A stretch of 64,000 nt of DNA from a virus. Positions 1-8,210 of the stretch are shown here, one piece after another. The first letter of the stretch is position 1. Each line of letters opens with the position of its first letter. Under the pieces are notes generated by a model. That model ran no database searches and was not told the origin of the DNA. It saw only the letters and a program-made list of their open reading frames with translations. The stretch lies in IMG/VR virus record IMGVR_UViG_3300021387_000700; one strand, 5' to 3'. The translations under genes were made by a program, and so were the position numbers.

Positions 1-159
1 CAATCCAAACAAGTCAGCAATCCCGTTCATGCCATAGCCAAAACCATTACCGAACCCACCAAAGCCTCCAAAGCCACCGATGGGAATAGAGAATGGAATG
101 TTACCAAAGCCGCCGTTGTTGTTGCCCTGATTGTCAGGGAGTTGATAAATTTCTGCCAT
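1..159 (-). CDS. glycine-rich small protein, N-terminal part (3' end runs off the window)
   Basis: Minus-strand ATG at 157-159. Reads MAEIYQLPDNQGNNNGGFGNIPFSIPIGGFGGFGGFGNGFGYGMNGIADLFGL. Too short for the ORF track. A -7 box lies at 229-236. Confidence 0.4.
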   Translation of the reverse strand, partial: MAEIYQLPDNQGNNNGGFGNIPFSIPIGGFGGFGGFGNGFGYGMNGIADLFGL

Positions 160-228
160 TGTTATTTTCCTTTCTTTTCTTTGTTAAACTTGTTGTTAAT
201 TCAAACCGTGTTGTAACGTTACACGGTG

Positions 229-236
229 CAAATTTA
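229..236 (-). promoter_or_regulatory. Bacteroidota-type -7 box TAAATTTG (extended TAAATTTGCACCGTG)
   Basis: Lies about 70 nt upstream of ATG 159 and is followed by a 6-bp hairpin, ccgtgt 206-211 / acacgg 221-226. The extended sequence nearly matches the box at 57359-57366. Confidence 0.4.
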
Positions 237-240
237 CATC

Positions 241-282
241 GTAAGAAAAGAAAGACAAAGCGGGACTTACATAAGTCCGCTT
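241..282 (-). terminator. rho-independent terminator after the RT gene
   Basis: Hairpin aagcgggactt / aagtccgctt (258-282, one bulge, 4-nt loop). On the minus strand it is followed by TTGTCTTTCTTTTCTT. Confidence 0.6.
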
Positions 283-346
283 ATATAATATAACGCATTG
301 ATAGTCAACGTGTTATATAATCAAAACCACCAAAACAAAAATTTTT

Positions 347-1624
347 TTATGGATTATCCGATATAAAAGGCTGTGTATCAACGGGTATCTCCATGCCAGC
401 CAGCTCAAAATTTATCGGGTCTTTCATGTAATACACCTTTGGATAATCGTCAACACAGCCCGTCCGTTTCGTGTTTCTCAAAAGATGGATGCTTTCGTAA
501 TGGCCTTTAACGTAAATTTTCGACCATATTTCGGGGGAAATCATGCCTATAAGCTTGCGACGTATGTGGTACGTATCATATTGCCGCATAACACCAAGGT
601 AGCTGTTTATGCTTTGTATGTTATGCACCAGCTTCTTATGCGATGTGGAAAAATTGTTTAGGCGGTATATGGCATCGTAGGCGTTTCTTACGGTACGCAT
701 ACCGACGTATGTGCGATATGGCTTAACAACCGCACCTATAAACGCCACACCCTTTGTATAGTGCTGGAAATAGAATTTGTCGGGATGCAGGTAAACATGC
801 AGGTAAAGGCTCAAGAAACGCCGTATCTTTTCCATGTCCTTGAGCATTTTCTGTCTTTCCTCTTCAGTTTCGCAAACAGCCATGAAATACCCGTCGTCCA
901 CATACCGACCGTGATATTTGTACCCAAGCTTTTCTATGAAAACATCAAGCCAATGCAAAAGGAAATTTGCATTATGCTGGCTCGGCAGATTACCTATTGG
1001 CAATCCAAGACCTGCACCGTTTGTAAATAATGATTTGTTCTTTGGTAATTGCCTCCATAATTCATCGGGGCTATGCCTGCGGCAGTCCTTTTCGGGCTCA
1101 TGCAGCATAACCACCTCACTAAGCCAAAGAATATCCTCCTTATCCTCGCCGAAATAGTTGTCTTTGATGAACTGCAAGAGCATCTTGTTAAGCAGATGCA
1201 CATCAATAGACATAAAAAATCCCTGCAAGTCAAATTTGGCTATCCAAACATCTTTCGTGTAACCCTCGCTACATTCGTACATATCCTTTTCCAATTGCGC
1301 CACACCGTATAGTACGCCCTTACCTTTGCGGCAGTTGAATGTTCTATCTGTGAACAGCTTCTCGAGCAAAGGCTCTACGCGCATGGCGATATAGTGATGT
1401 ACGATTCTATCGCGAAATCCCGCAGCGAACACCTCCCGCAGTTTCGGTTTCGTAACCACAAAGGCGATGCTTGTTGATGGTCGGTAAGTTCGGGCGTTTA
1501 TCTCATCTGCCAATCTAAGCAAGTCCCGCTGATAATCGGGGAAATACTTTATATAAGACGGTGATGATGCCTTGTGAATCTTACAAATTTGGAATGCCTC
1601 AAATAAGTATTCATCCCTTACCAT
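347..1624 (-). CDS. DGR reverse transcriptase
   Basis: 425 aa. Carries the DGR-type motif PIGNLPSQ and the catalytic box GRYVDDGYF. Lies 92 nt downstream of the TR on the same strand. Confidence 0.93.
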   Translation of the reverse strand: MVRDEYLFEAFQICKIHKASSPSYIKYFPDYQRDLLRLADEINARTYRPSTSIAFVVTKPKLREVFAAGFRDRIVHHYIAMRVEPLLEKLFTDRTFNCRKGKGVLYGVAQLEKDMYECSEGYTKDVWIAKFDLQGFFMSIDVHLLNKMLLQFIKDNYFGEDKEDILWLSEVVMLHEPEKDCRRHSPDELWRQLPKNKSLFTNGAGLGLPIGNLPSQHNANFLLHWLDVFIEKLGYKYHGRYVDDGYFMAVCETEEERQKMLKDMEKIRRFLSLYLHVYLHPDKFYFQHYTKGVAFIGAVVKPYRTYVGMRTVRNAYDAIYRLNNFSTSHKKLVHNIQSINSYLGVMRQYDTYHIRRKLIGMISPEIWSKIYVKGHYESIHLLRNTKRTGCVDDYPKVYYMKDPINFELAGMEIPVDTQPFISDNP

Positions 1625-1715
1625 AGCACAAAAATATATTCCGTTATATACCGTCTATTATACCATTCCAATATTGGAGCGCAAACTTTATTTATTGTCT
1701 TGTGTATTCTATCAG

Positions 1716-1819
1716 ATGCGGACACGGGGCGAACTAAGTTCTCATTCGTCTTGTTGTTGTTGTTGAAGTTGCCATTGTTGAAATTCAGATTCCAAGCATT
1801 CGTGGCAGAGTTCTCCGTA
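1716..1819 (-). repeat. DGR template repeat (TR)
   Basis: 104 bp, 95/104 identical to 2567-2670. All 9 mismatches fall where the TR coding strand has A. Rich in AAC/AAT codons (..NLNFNNGNFNNNNKTNEN..). Confidence 0.93.
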
Positions 1820-2066
1820 AAACACGTCCATTTTCTTATTCTTAACTCCTTCATCAGTACCATTGCTGCCGACGACGCGAGAACAACAATCGCGGCAATG
1901 TTTCGGAAAGCGTGATGATGCCCAACAAGAGAGGCCACATTCAATCCTTGTACTGAACGCTGGGAGTGGGACGCCCATTTGAAAGAAAAACACATTGCTC
2001 CCGCCAAAATAAGGCTAAAGAGCCCCCGATGTGAATCTCTACTATATTGAAACATGTCTTTTGTCA

Positions 2067-2423
2067 TTATTTCATAGTAGCCTTGCGCCAACCAGTCGCC
2101 TCGCGGCCTATCTCATCAAGCCTACGGGCGATATTCGCGTGGGATTTTTCGTCGATAATCTTTTTATCCTGCGATAATGCAAGCAAGAAGAACAATTGCT
2201 CTTGCACAAGGATGAAATCCCTGCCAAGCACACGGACACGCTCCTCGGAATTTGGCGGGCAAAGATTAGCCTCAACGATTTTCATACTAAGCTGTAGTGT
2301 CAAATCCTCGATGCGGCGGGCTATCGTTGCACGGTATTCCGCTTTAATCTTCTTTGTAACGCCAAACACGTATTTCGCGAGTTCAAACGTATCTTTGTAT
2401 ATCTTTGTATCTCTTGCAAGCAT
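2067..2423 (-). CDS. avd: Avd-like accessory variability determinant (four-helix-bundle family)
   Basis: 118 aa, helical and basic. Lies between the VR-bearing target gene and the TR, the canonical DGR position. Confidence 0.75.
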   Translation of the reverse strand: MLARDTKIYKDTFELAKYVFGVTKKIKAEYRATIARRIEDLTLQLSMKIVEANLCPPNSEERVRVLGRDFILVQEQLFFLLALSQDKKIIDEKSHANIARRLDEIGREATGWRKATMK

Positions 2424-2503
2424 TTCTCGTAGAACGTTGTTGTTGACCTTGTTATTTTGTTATAATTTGCGAAGTTGCCATTAGTGAAATCCCCAGCCCT
2501 ATA

Positions 2504-2534
2504 CCCCGATACCGTCGTTAAGACGATAAAGGGG
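2504..2534 (-). other. hairpin about 32 nt downstream of the VR 3' end
   Basis: Minus strand reads CCCC-TT-TATCGTC-TTAAC-GACGGTA-TC-GGGG: a 7-bp stem with one G.U pair plus an outer 4-bp GC clamp. Confidence 0.4.
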
Positions 2535-2558
2535 ATAAAGGACTAAAGAGATAAATGG

Positions 2559-3305
2559 TTAATAAAATGCGGACACGGGGCGAACTAAGGTCTCATTCGT
2601 CTTGCCGTTGTAGCTGAAGTAGCCATTGGTGAAATTCAGATGCCAAGCATTCGTGGCAGAGTACTCCGTAGAAGACCATCCCCAAGACGAACCGACTGGA
2701 ATTGCAGTACCGCTGATTGCAGCCATGACGAAGTTGATTTCGCGAACGTGCGCCCAAATCATAGCCATCTCGCCAAGTGAAGGCAACCACCAGCGACCAG
2801 CACCCATATTACCGTCGGCAGAATCGACATTGCTTGGGTGATACTCGTTACAATACTTTGCGGCAGGCGCGTTTGCACCGAGCGTTGTCAGAATGGTATT
2901 CGTCTTTGCGCGGCCATCGAAATCTGCAATTGCTGCGCGGCGGTCGCTGATGGCGGTAGTGCCACCCGTAACGTTAGATGTAGCCCATGCCTTTGTTGCT
3001 TGGTCTTTCGCAACAATAAGCGTGCGCCCGTTCTCGATGATACCCGCACCAACGGCGATGCTGGCGATGCTGCTTTCCAATGCACGGTCGGCAGGCCAAA
3101 AACGTGTGTATGAATCCGCGTTTGTAACCACCATAACGTTTCCGATGGTAGGCAGTACGCTTTGCAGCTTTTTTGCGAAGTTGGCGTAGGAGTCGCTACC
3201 CATAAGCTCGTTGCTGGAGTTAAGGATAGGCACGCGAGCACCCGATGCAGCAGCCGTAGTGTTGGCATTGTGCAGGGCTTTAAGAGCATTTTGAATTGTT
3301 CCCAT
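2559..3305 (-). CDS. DGR target protein, tail-fibre/receptor-binding candidate with a DUF1566/C-type-lectin-like C-terminus
   Basis: 248 aa. The C-terminal region reads GRWWLPSLGEM...GWSSTEYSATNAWHLNFTNGYFSYNGKTNETLVRPVSAFY. The last 34 codons form the VR. Confidence 0.85.
   Translation of the reverse strand: MGTIQNALKALHNANTTAAASGARVPILNSSNELMGSDSYANFAKKLQSVLPTIGNVMVVTNADSYTRFWPADRALESSIASIAVGAGIIENGRTLIVAKDQATKAWATSNVTGGTTAISDRRAAIADFDGRAKTNTILTTLGANAPAAKYCNEYHPSNVDSADGNMGAGRWWLPSLGEMAMIWAHVREINFVMAAISGTAIPVGSSWGWSSTEYSATNAWHLNFTNGYFSYNGKTNETLVRPVSAFY
2567..2670 (-). repeat. DGR variable repeat (VR)
   Basis: Gap-free alignment to TR 1716-1819. Differs only at plus-strand positions 2590, 2605, 2606, 2612, 2614, 2621, 2629, 2642 and 2663, all opposite TR adenines. 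Confidence 0.93.
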
Positions 3306-3352
3306 AAAATAATACTTTTAATTGTTTTTTTTAAATAAAGTGTATAAAACTA

Positions 3353-3360
3353 CAAATTTA
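3353..3360 (-). promoter_or_regulatory. -7 box TAAATTTG upstream of the DGR target gene
   Basis: Minus-strand TAAATTTG 48 nt upstream of ATG 3305, in an 80-nt AT-rich spacer. Confidence 0.4.
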
Positions 3361-3384
3361 CATTCTTCGTTTCTTTCGAGAGTT

Positions 3385-3714
3385 TTAACCCGCTATCTTT
3401 ACCCATGTGGAAAGGCTGTTTGAACCGTATGTCACGATTTCGCCATTGTACGTGACATTCTCGCTGTTGTATGTAACGATATGGTTTGGCGTGCCTACGA
3501 TGGATGCGGTGCTTATGAAAGTCTCCTTTGCTACCGTGATAAGCGAGTTTTGTGCATACGTAGCCGTTGGCGAAAGCGACTCTACCGAACCAAGAATCTT
3601 GATACGGTTGGTCTCTACGGTCTTACTTAGGTTGGAAACGAGCGTTTTTACACGCGCCCATACCCATCCCAAGCCTGCACCGTCGAGTTTCTTGTCGTCC
3701 GTCTGTACTGCCAT
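3385..3714 (-). CDS. small fibre-module protein (paralogous N-terminus)
   Basis: 109 aa. The N-terminus MAVQTDDKKLDGAGLG is shared with the ORF at 3739-4422. The C-terminus carries VTYNSENVTYNGEIVTY repeats. Confidence 0.6.
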   Translation of the reverse strand: MAVQTDDKKLDGAGLGWVWARVKTLVSNLSKTVETNRIKILGSVESLSPTATYAQNSLITVAKETFISTASIVGTPNHIVTYNSENVTYNGEIVTYGSNSLSTWVKIAG

Positions 3715-3738
3715 AACACTTGTTTATACGGTAGTGTA

Positions 3739-4422
3739 TTATGTTAATGAGCAGATGCTTTCAATCTCGGCCTGCGAAAGCGTTTCCACATCATCCTTGG
3801 AGGCATATCCGCTCAAGTCGATGAATCCTTGGTACACGTCGAACTTGTAAACGGCTGGCGTGCTGCCCTCTGCGGGTGATGATTCGATAACATAGACGTT
3901 AGTTCCCTTTGGATAGGTCTTGGTAACGCCCTGCTCATACTCCTCGAAACGGTTGTCGATAGTGAATCCGTCGCTCATGTTCCACATCCATCCAAGGTTA
4001 GACGAAGATGGCGTCGGGAGGTTGGCGAACGCAAGAGAGCCCTTTGGCTTGATGTATGCCTGCAACTTGGCGTCGATGGCATTGTTCACATCATTGGCGG
4101 TCTGATAGCCAGCACCGTTAGCCAAGGATGCGTTATCGGTTGGGACGGGGATATTAACGCTCTTGTCAGAAACGGTAAGTGCCGTGCCGTTGACCTTTAC
4201 GGTCTCGATAACGTTCACCTGCGCACCCGAAGCGATTGCATCCAGCTTTGATTTCAAAGTAGATGTGAAATTCTCGTCGGTATGCACATACGATGCGTCC
4301 TTAACTACGTTATCATCGTTAGTAAGGTCGCTGGTCTTGGTTGGTACAATGGATTTGATGATACTCCAAAGTATTCCCAAACCCGCACCGTCAAGCTTTT
4401 TGTCGTCTGTTTGTACTGCCAT
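3739..4422 (-). CDS. tail-fibre/receptor-binding candidate (paralogous N-terminus)
   Basis: 227 aa. Has the same N-terminal 16-aa motif as the ORF at 3385-3714. Lies in the fibre module. Confidence 0.6.
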   Translation of the reverse strand: MAVQTDDKKLDGAGLGILWSIIKSIVPTKTSDLTNDDNVVKDASYVHTDENFTSTLKSKLDAIASGAQVNVIETVKVNGTALTVSDKSVNIPVPTDNASLANGAGYQTANDVNNAIDAKLQAYIKPKGSLAFANLPTPSSSNLGWMWNMSDGFTIDNRFEEYEQGVTKTYPKGTNVYVIESSPAEGSTPAVYKFDVYQGFIDLSGYASKDDVETLSQAEIESICSLT

Positions 4423-4498
4423 AATCTTAAAACGTTTTAAATGATTAATAAAAGAAGAAAATTAACTCTATATAGAAAACTGATGATTCCCTACATTC

Positions 4499-4705
4499 CT
4501 ATCTGCAAATCATACGTATCTCAAATTCGGTCAACGTTTCGTTATTATCATCAACCTCCTGCTCCAATTCGTTGATTTGCTGGACGTGCTGTGGTGTCAT
4601 AACACCCTTTTCAACCAAGGAGGCATCGGGGTAGATGTCTTTTTCCTCTACCTTATCCAAGTCCTCTTTCACTTGGTCGCCGTATTTGTTCAACTTGTAT
4701 GCCAT
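4499..4705 (-). CDS. small acidic hypothetical protein
   Basis: I chose the internal ATG (MAYKLNKYGDQ...), which avoids overlapping the gene at 4728-4997. The ORF track extends this ORF to 4840. Confidence 0.45.
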   Translation of the reverse strand: MAYKLNKYGDQVKEDLDKVEEKDIYPDASLVEKGVMTPQHVQQINELEQEVDDNNETLTEFEIRMICR

Positions 4706-4727
4706 AAGCGATATATTTTTAAAGTTG

Positions 4728-4997
4728 TTAGATGTTCCTTGGCTTGCGCATAACCATAACGCACTCCCCGTCGATAAGCATAATCTCACCCTCATTAACA
4801 AGCAGATATTCCCATTTGCCCTGCGATGTTGCACAAACAAGCGAGAAAGCCGCCGTAACGCCTTTGTTGTTCTTTGGGCTTATAGTTACACCTACGGCTG
4901 GATTTAACGCGCCTACGGCTACGGAAACGGGCTTATTTGCCAATATAGCCTCCGTTTCTATTCCTTGGTTATCCCTTGGTGTTACGGATGCAGCCAT
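4728..4997 (-). CDS. hypothetical structural-module protein
   Basis: Start chosen at MAASVTP, preceded by AAAGGAGGCGGTGAT. The track's start at 5084 would overlap the upstream gene by 19 nt. Confidence 0.4.
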   Translation of the reverse strand: MAASVTPRDNQGIETEAILANKPVSVAVGALNPAVGVTISPKNNKGVTAAFSLVCATSQGKWEYLLVNEGEIMLIDGECVMVMRKPRNI

Positions 4998-5065
4998 ATC
5001 ACCGCCTCCTTTGTGGGTGACGGTGACACGCTGACAGCCGTGTATTCCGCAGCAAGAGCCTTGTG

Positions 5066-5440
5066 TTACGATGTCACTACGCATAACAGCTGCTTTTGAA
5101 CCTCGGTACGTAACCCATCATCGAAATCATCATCGGGTACGTATGCGATTGTGGTAATCCAATACTCGCCCGTTCCCATGAATCCCGTATCTACCGTAAA
5201 GAGATAGTTCTCGTTTTCATCAAGAATCATCTCGGCCTTTGATATGGTGACGCTTTTCTTGGTGTTCTTGATAACAACCTTGAAATCATCGTCTGCCATA
5301 GAAAAGCCCTCGGACTGAATATCCAATGTGAATTTCAGCTCCGTGCCTTGGTAGATGGTACGGCGGACATTCTCCTGCTGTTGTTGCTGGCTGTTGTTGT
5401 CGCCACCGCTAACTTGTGTATTGCTATTCTCGTCTGCCAT
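5066..5440 (-). CDS. hypothetical structural-module protein
   Basis: 124 aa with a Q-rich N-terminus. A -7 box lies 28 nt upstream. Confidence 0.55.
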   Translation of the reverse strand: MADENSNTQVSGGDNNSQQQQQENVRRTIYQGTELKFTLDIQSEGFSMADDDFKVVIKNTKKSVTISKAEMILDENENYLFTVDTGFMGTGEYWITTIAYVPDDDFDDGLRTEVQKQLLCVVTS

Positions 5441-5467
5441 AATGCTAAAATATTAATTTTCTGCGTG

Positions 5468-5475
5468 CAAAGATA
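5468..5475 (-). promoter_or_regulatory. -7 box TATCTTTG(CA)
   Basis: Minus-strand TATCTTTGCAC 28 nt upstream of ATG 5440. Confidence 0.5.
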
Positions 5476-5514
5476 AACAATGTTTTTGAATATACAAAGG
5501 ACAATGCGAAAGAT

Positions 5515-5982
5515 TTATTGTCTTTTCACGATTTTGTGCGAATATTCGTTGCGGATGAAGGATTTTTTGAACAGATACTTAACCCAAGCGAATCTTTTGC
5601 GCTCATAGTTGTACGACAAATCATCTTCATGTAGATACGCCTCCTGCTCCGTGCTGATATTGTAATATGCCAGCCTTGAGTCAAAGCCGCAGAATGGAAT
5701 GCGGATAATCCACTCCAGCACGTAGATAAGATAGAACGATACTGGAATAACAAAGCACCACCACCATGATATTACATCTGCCAATGATAGTGATACGGCG
5801 ATAATCGCGGCAACGACCATCACCTCAAGCTGCTGCTCAAGGTGGGTCGTTTCGTGGCGTTTATCTTTGTCCGTAAACTTGCTTGCATCACTCCTTACAA
5901 ATACCAAAGGCCAAATTGTGATAGCCTTGAAACCCTTAAACGGGATTATTTTGTTGAATACCAGTCTTGCTTTCATAGTCAA
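5515..5982 (-). CDS. membrane protein with an HExxH motif (putative metallopeptidase-like)
   Basis: 155 aa. RHETTHLEQQ is followed by two hydrophobic helices (VMVVAAIIAVSLSL, WWWCFVIPVSFYLIYVLEWII). Confidence 0.35.
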   Translation of the reverse strand: MTMKARLVFNKIIPFKGFKAITIWPLVFVRSDASKFTDKDKRHETTHLEQQLEVMVVAAIIAVSLSLADVISWWWCFVIPVSFYLIYVLEWIIRIPFCGFDSRLAYYNISTEQEAYLHEDDLSYNYERKRFAWVKYLFKKSFIRNEYSHKIVKRQ

Positions 5983-5988
5983 TATAAA

Positions 5989-8160
5989 TTAAACCCATGT
6001 ATTGTCGCAACCCTCAAGTGCAAACCAGCCCGCGCCTACGTTTGTATTGGTCGGAGAATAGTTATTACCCACGTTGATAAATTCGCGAACCTCGCCGCCA
6101 CTCATACCAAGCCATCCAGCAATGAAAGCTATATCTACACCATGATAGTCGTTGGAGCAAATGACCGACACTTTCTTTGATGCCATACCCACAAGCCTAT
6201 ATGAATAGCCATCGTAGGAATTGTTTATGATTACCAAGTCGACGGGGAATCCGCTTGCATCACCGCTTGTACCGCTATAAAGGTCTATGTCATAGTATGT
6301 ACGACCGTTGCTTGTATGCGAGGTCATTGTTTTGCTTGCGTAGTAACTTTGCGTAAGTCCCTCTGTATAATACTTGATTGTCGCTTGGCTCACTACTGCC
6401 GTGTTAAGTCCGCGATGTCCGAAACTTCCGCGACACCAAATATCGGACGACAAGAAACGTCCACTACGTCCGTTCACTTGACCTTGGTGTATGATGTCAA
6501 CCGTTTCAAAGGCAACGCCGCCATAAGTACCAGTATTTGCACAAATACGACCAATCTTGACACCATTTGAATCGACACAATCGAGTGAATTAAAAGAACC
6601 CGTAACGCCTACTATTTGACCTCTCAAGAATGCACTATTCATGTACACCTCACCCGTTTCACCGTTTATAGCAACATTCGGGATAAAGTTGTACCGCCCC
6701 GTAGAGCTATTGTAGTGGTTTGTGTTAGGGTAGTCTTTATCGAATTGCGTATATGCACCCGAACTGCTTCCGTTCACCGTTCCGTTTTGTGAAATCAACC
6801 AATCCTCACTTATAATGAACGACCCAAGATTTGCGAACGAACTAAACAAAGCCGCCGTTATGATGTACTTGAAATCGTTCGTCATGATGTCCCAATTCGC
6901 GCTACTTGTCGATGGTGTACCCATTTGGCTTTCCGTGTAATTGCCGTTTGTTTCGGGATTGAACACAAAATAGTTGCTTCCGTACTTGAAATACGGTGCT
7001 TGTGCATCATTGACGATATACGTTTTAACGGTATCGCCCGTCCATGTTCCTACATAATAGAAGAAACGGCCTATACGCCCGCGAGAACCATCTTGTCCAT
7101 CTTGTCCATCCTTTACGTGCGAAACGCAAGTACCAATGATTGAACTCGCGCTAACGCTTGTGCAACGGAATTCCTCCGTATGCCTTATGCCTTTATCCGT
7201 AGATGTACCCGTCACAATGAAATAGTCACCGACGCGACAAGCCGTAAAATCTGAATCACCGTCAATCTTACCCCAAGGTTCGGAACGCCCTATCGTTCCC
7301 CATGTATTCCACGAGGAATCGGAATACCTCCCACTCCTTTCAAGTGTCAATTTCAAGCCATACCCTTCTGCTCCGTCTTTTCCATCTTTACCGTCTTTGC
7401 CGTTTGTGCCGTTAGTTCCGTTAGTTCCGTCCGTAACGATGTTCACGGTTTCTTTATCAACTACGGTATTGTTCACGTAAAGGAAGAATGTGACGTAGTT
7501 TGTGAAGTTAGTGCCTGCCGTAAGACCGCCACTTGGATAGTTGGCTACGCTGCCGCCATCTGCGCTATACTTAATGGTGGCCTCCGACGGATTGCTGGAG
7601 GTTGTACCCGTAGCAACATCAAGTTTCGAGCTGCCACAAGTGATAACGTTTGGCGTGTAAGTACCATCTTTCTTGTGAGTAATGGCGTTAGCCGATGGGA
7701 CGAGGTTATAGATAGCACCGCCTTTCATACTCACAACGGCGATTGACAAAGCTATCGTGCCGTATGTGGCGTGCATTATTTCCACCTCCAGCGTTTCACG
7801 TTTGCTAACGGCTACACCGCTATCGTAGTGTATGCGAATCCATTGCTTTGTGCTGATGGTTTGGAATGTGGTCGTGAGCGATGTGCTGCCCGTACCGCTG
7901 CCGCTTGTTTCCAAGGTAAGCGAAGCGTTTGTAGGCTTAGATGTGTAGCGAATCTGACACAATGCGGTAACATCTTCAACGCCATAGAAAGCCGCTACAT
8001 GCGAGTATATGTTAAACGCCGCAGCGGTTTTCATGTCGTTATCGCAGGCAACGCTATCCATCTCGTTAGACAAATCTACCGAGAATGCGTTTGTGCCGTT
8101 AGTTCCGTCCGTAACAGTCGTTACATGAAATGTGTTTCCTATACTTCTACGACTTGACAT
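5989..8160 (-). CDS. tail fibre protein with short collagen-like G-X-Y runs
   Basis: 723 aa. Contains GTNGTNGTNGKDGKDGKDGAEG and DGQDGQDGSRG. Has an internal 20-28 nt direct repeat (7418-7437 / 8096-8115). Confidence 0.6.
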   Translation of the reverse strand: MSSRRSIGNTFHVTTVTDGTNGTNAFSVDLSNEMDSVACDNDMKTAAAFNIYSHVAAFYGVEDVTALCQIRYTSKPTNASLTLETSGSGTGSTSLTTTFQTISTKQWIRIHYDSGVAVSKRETLEVEIMHATYGTIALSIAVVSMKGGAIYNLVPSANAITHKKDGTYTPNVITCGSSKLDVATGTTSSNPSEATIKYSADGGSVANYPSGGLTAGTNFTNYVTFFLYVNNTVVDKETVNIVTDGTNGTNGTNGKDGKDGKDGAEGYGLKLTLERSGRYSDSSWNTWGTIGRSEPWGKIDGDSDFTACRVGDYFIVTGTSTDKGIRHTEEFRCTSVSASSIIGTCVSHVKDGQDGQDGSRGRIGRFFYYVGTWTGDTVKTYIVNDAQAPYFKYGSNYFVFNPETNGNYTESQMGTPSTSSANWDIMTNDFKYIITAALFSSFANLGSFIISEDWLISQNGTVNGSSSGAYTQFDKDYPNTNHYNSSTGRYNFIPNVAINGETGEVYMNSAFLRGQIVGVTGSFNSLDCVDSNGVKIGRICANTGTYGGVAFETVDIIHQGQVNGRSGRFLSSDIWCRGSFGHRGLNTAVVSQATIKYYTEGLTQSYYASKTMTSHTSNGRTYYDIDLYSGTSGDASGFPVDLVIINNSYDGYSYRLVGMASKKVSVICSNDYHGVDIAFIAGWLGMSGGEVREFINVGNNYSPTNTNVGAGWFALEGCDNTWV

Positions 8161-8187
8161 AATCTTTATATTTCTAATTTATAAAAG

Positions 8188-8195
8188 CAAAGTTA
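8188..8195 (-). promoter_or_regulatory. -7 box TAACTTTG
   Basis: Minus-strand TAACTTTGC 28 nt upstream of ATG 8160. Confidence 0.4.
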
Positions 8196-8210
8196 TGCTT
8201 ACACACCCGT

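Noticed and set aside
1618-2091. 157-aa minus-strand ORF covering the TR, whose C-terminus mimics the target protein (..SATNAWNLNFNNGNFNNNNKTNENLVRPVSA..).
   Set aside because: The resemblance arises only because the ORF runs through the template repeat. The rest is low-quality sequence and overlaps the avd 3' end. In DGRs this region is the non-coding TR RNA with its avd-TR spacer.
2047-2484. 145-aa plus-strand ORF.
   Set aside because: It is fully antisense to the well-supported avd gene, has no start context and lies in an operon that is otherwise entirely on the minus strand.
2471-2490. gaagttgccattag(t/c)gaa occurs at 2471-2490 and 33801-33820, each next to a hairpin. It resembles the TR segment gaagttgccattgttgaa, which could suggest a second remote VR or TR relic.
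   Set aside because: Only 14 nt are exact, and roughly ten 14-mer repeats are expected by chance in 64 kb on two strands. The 33.8-kb copy lies outside any ORF and downstream of a stop codon. There is no A-specific mismatch pattern and no consistent strand logic as a promoter.
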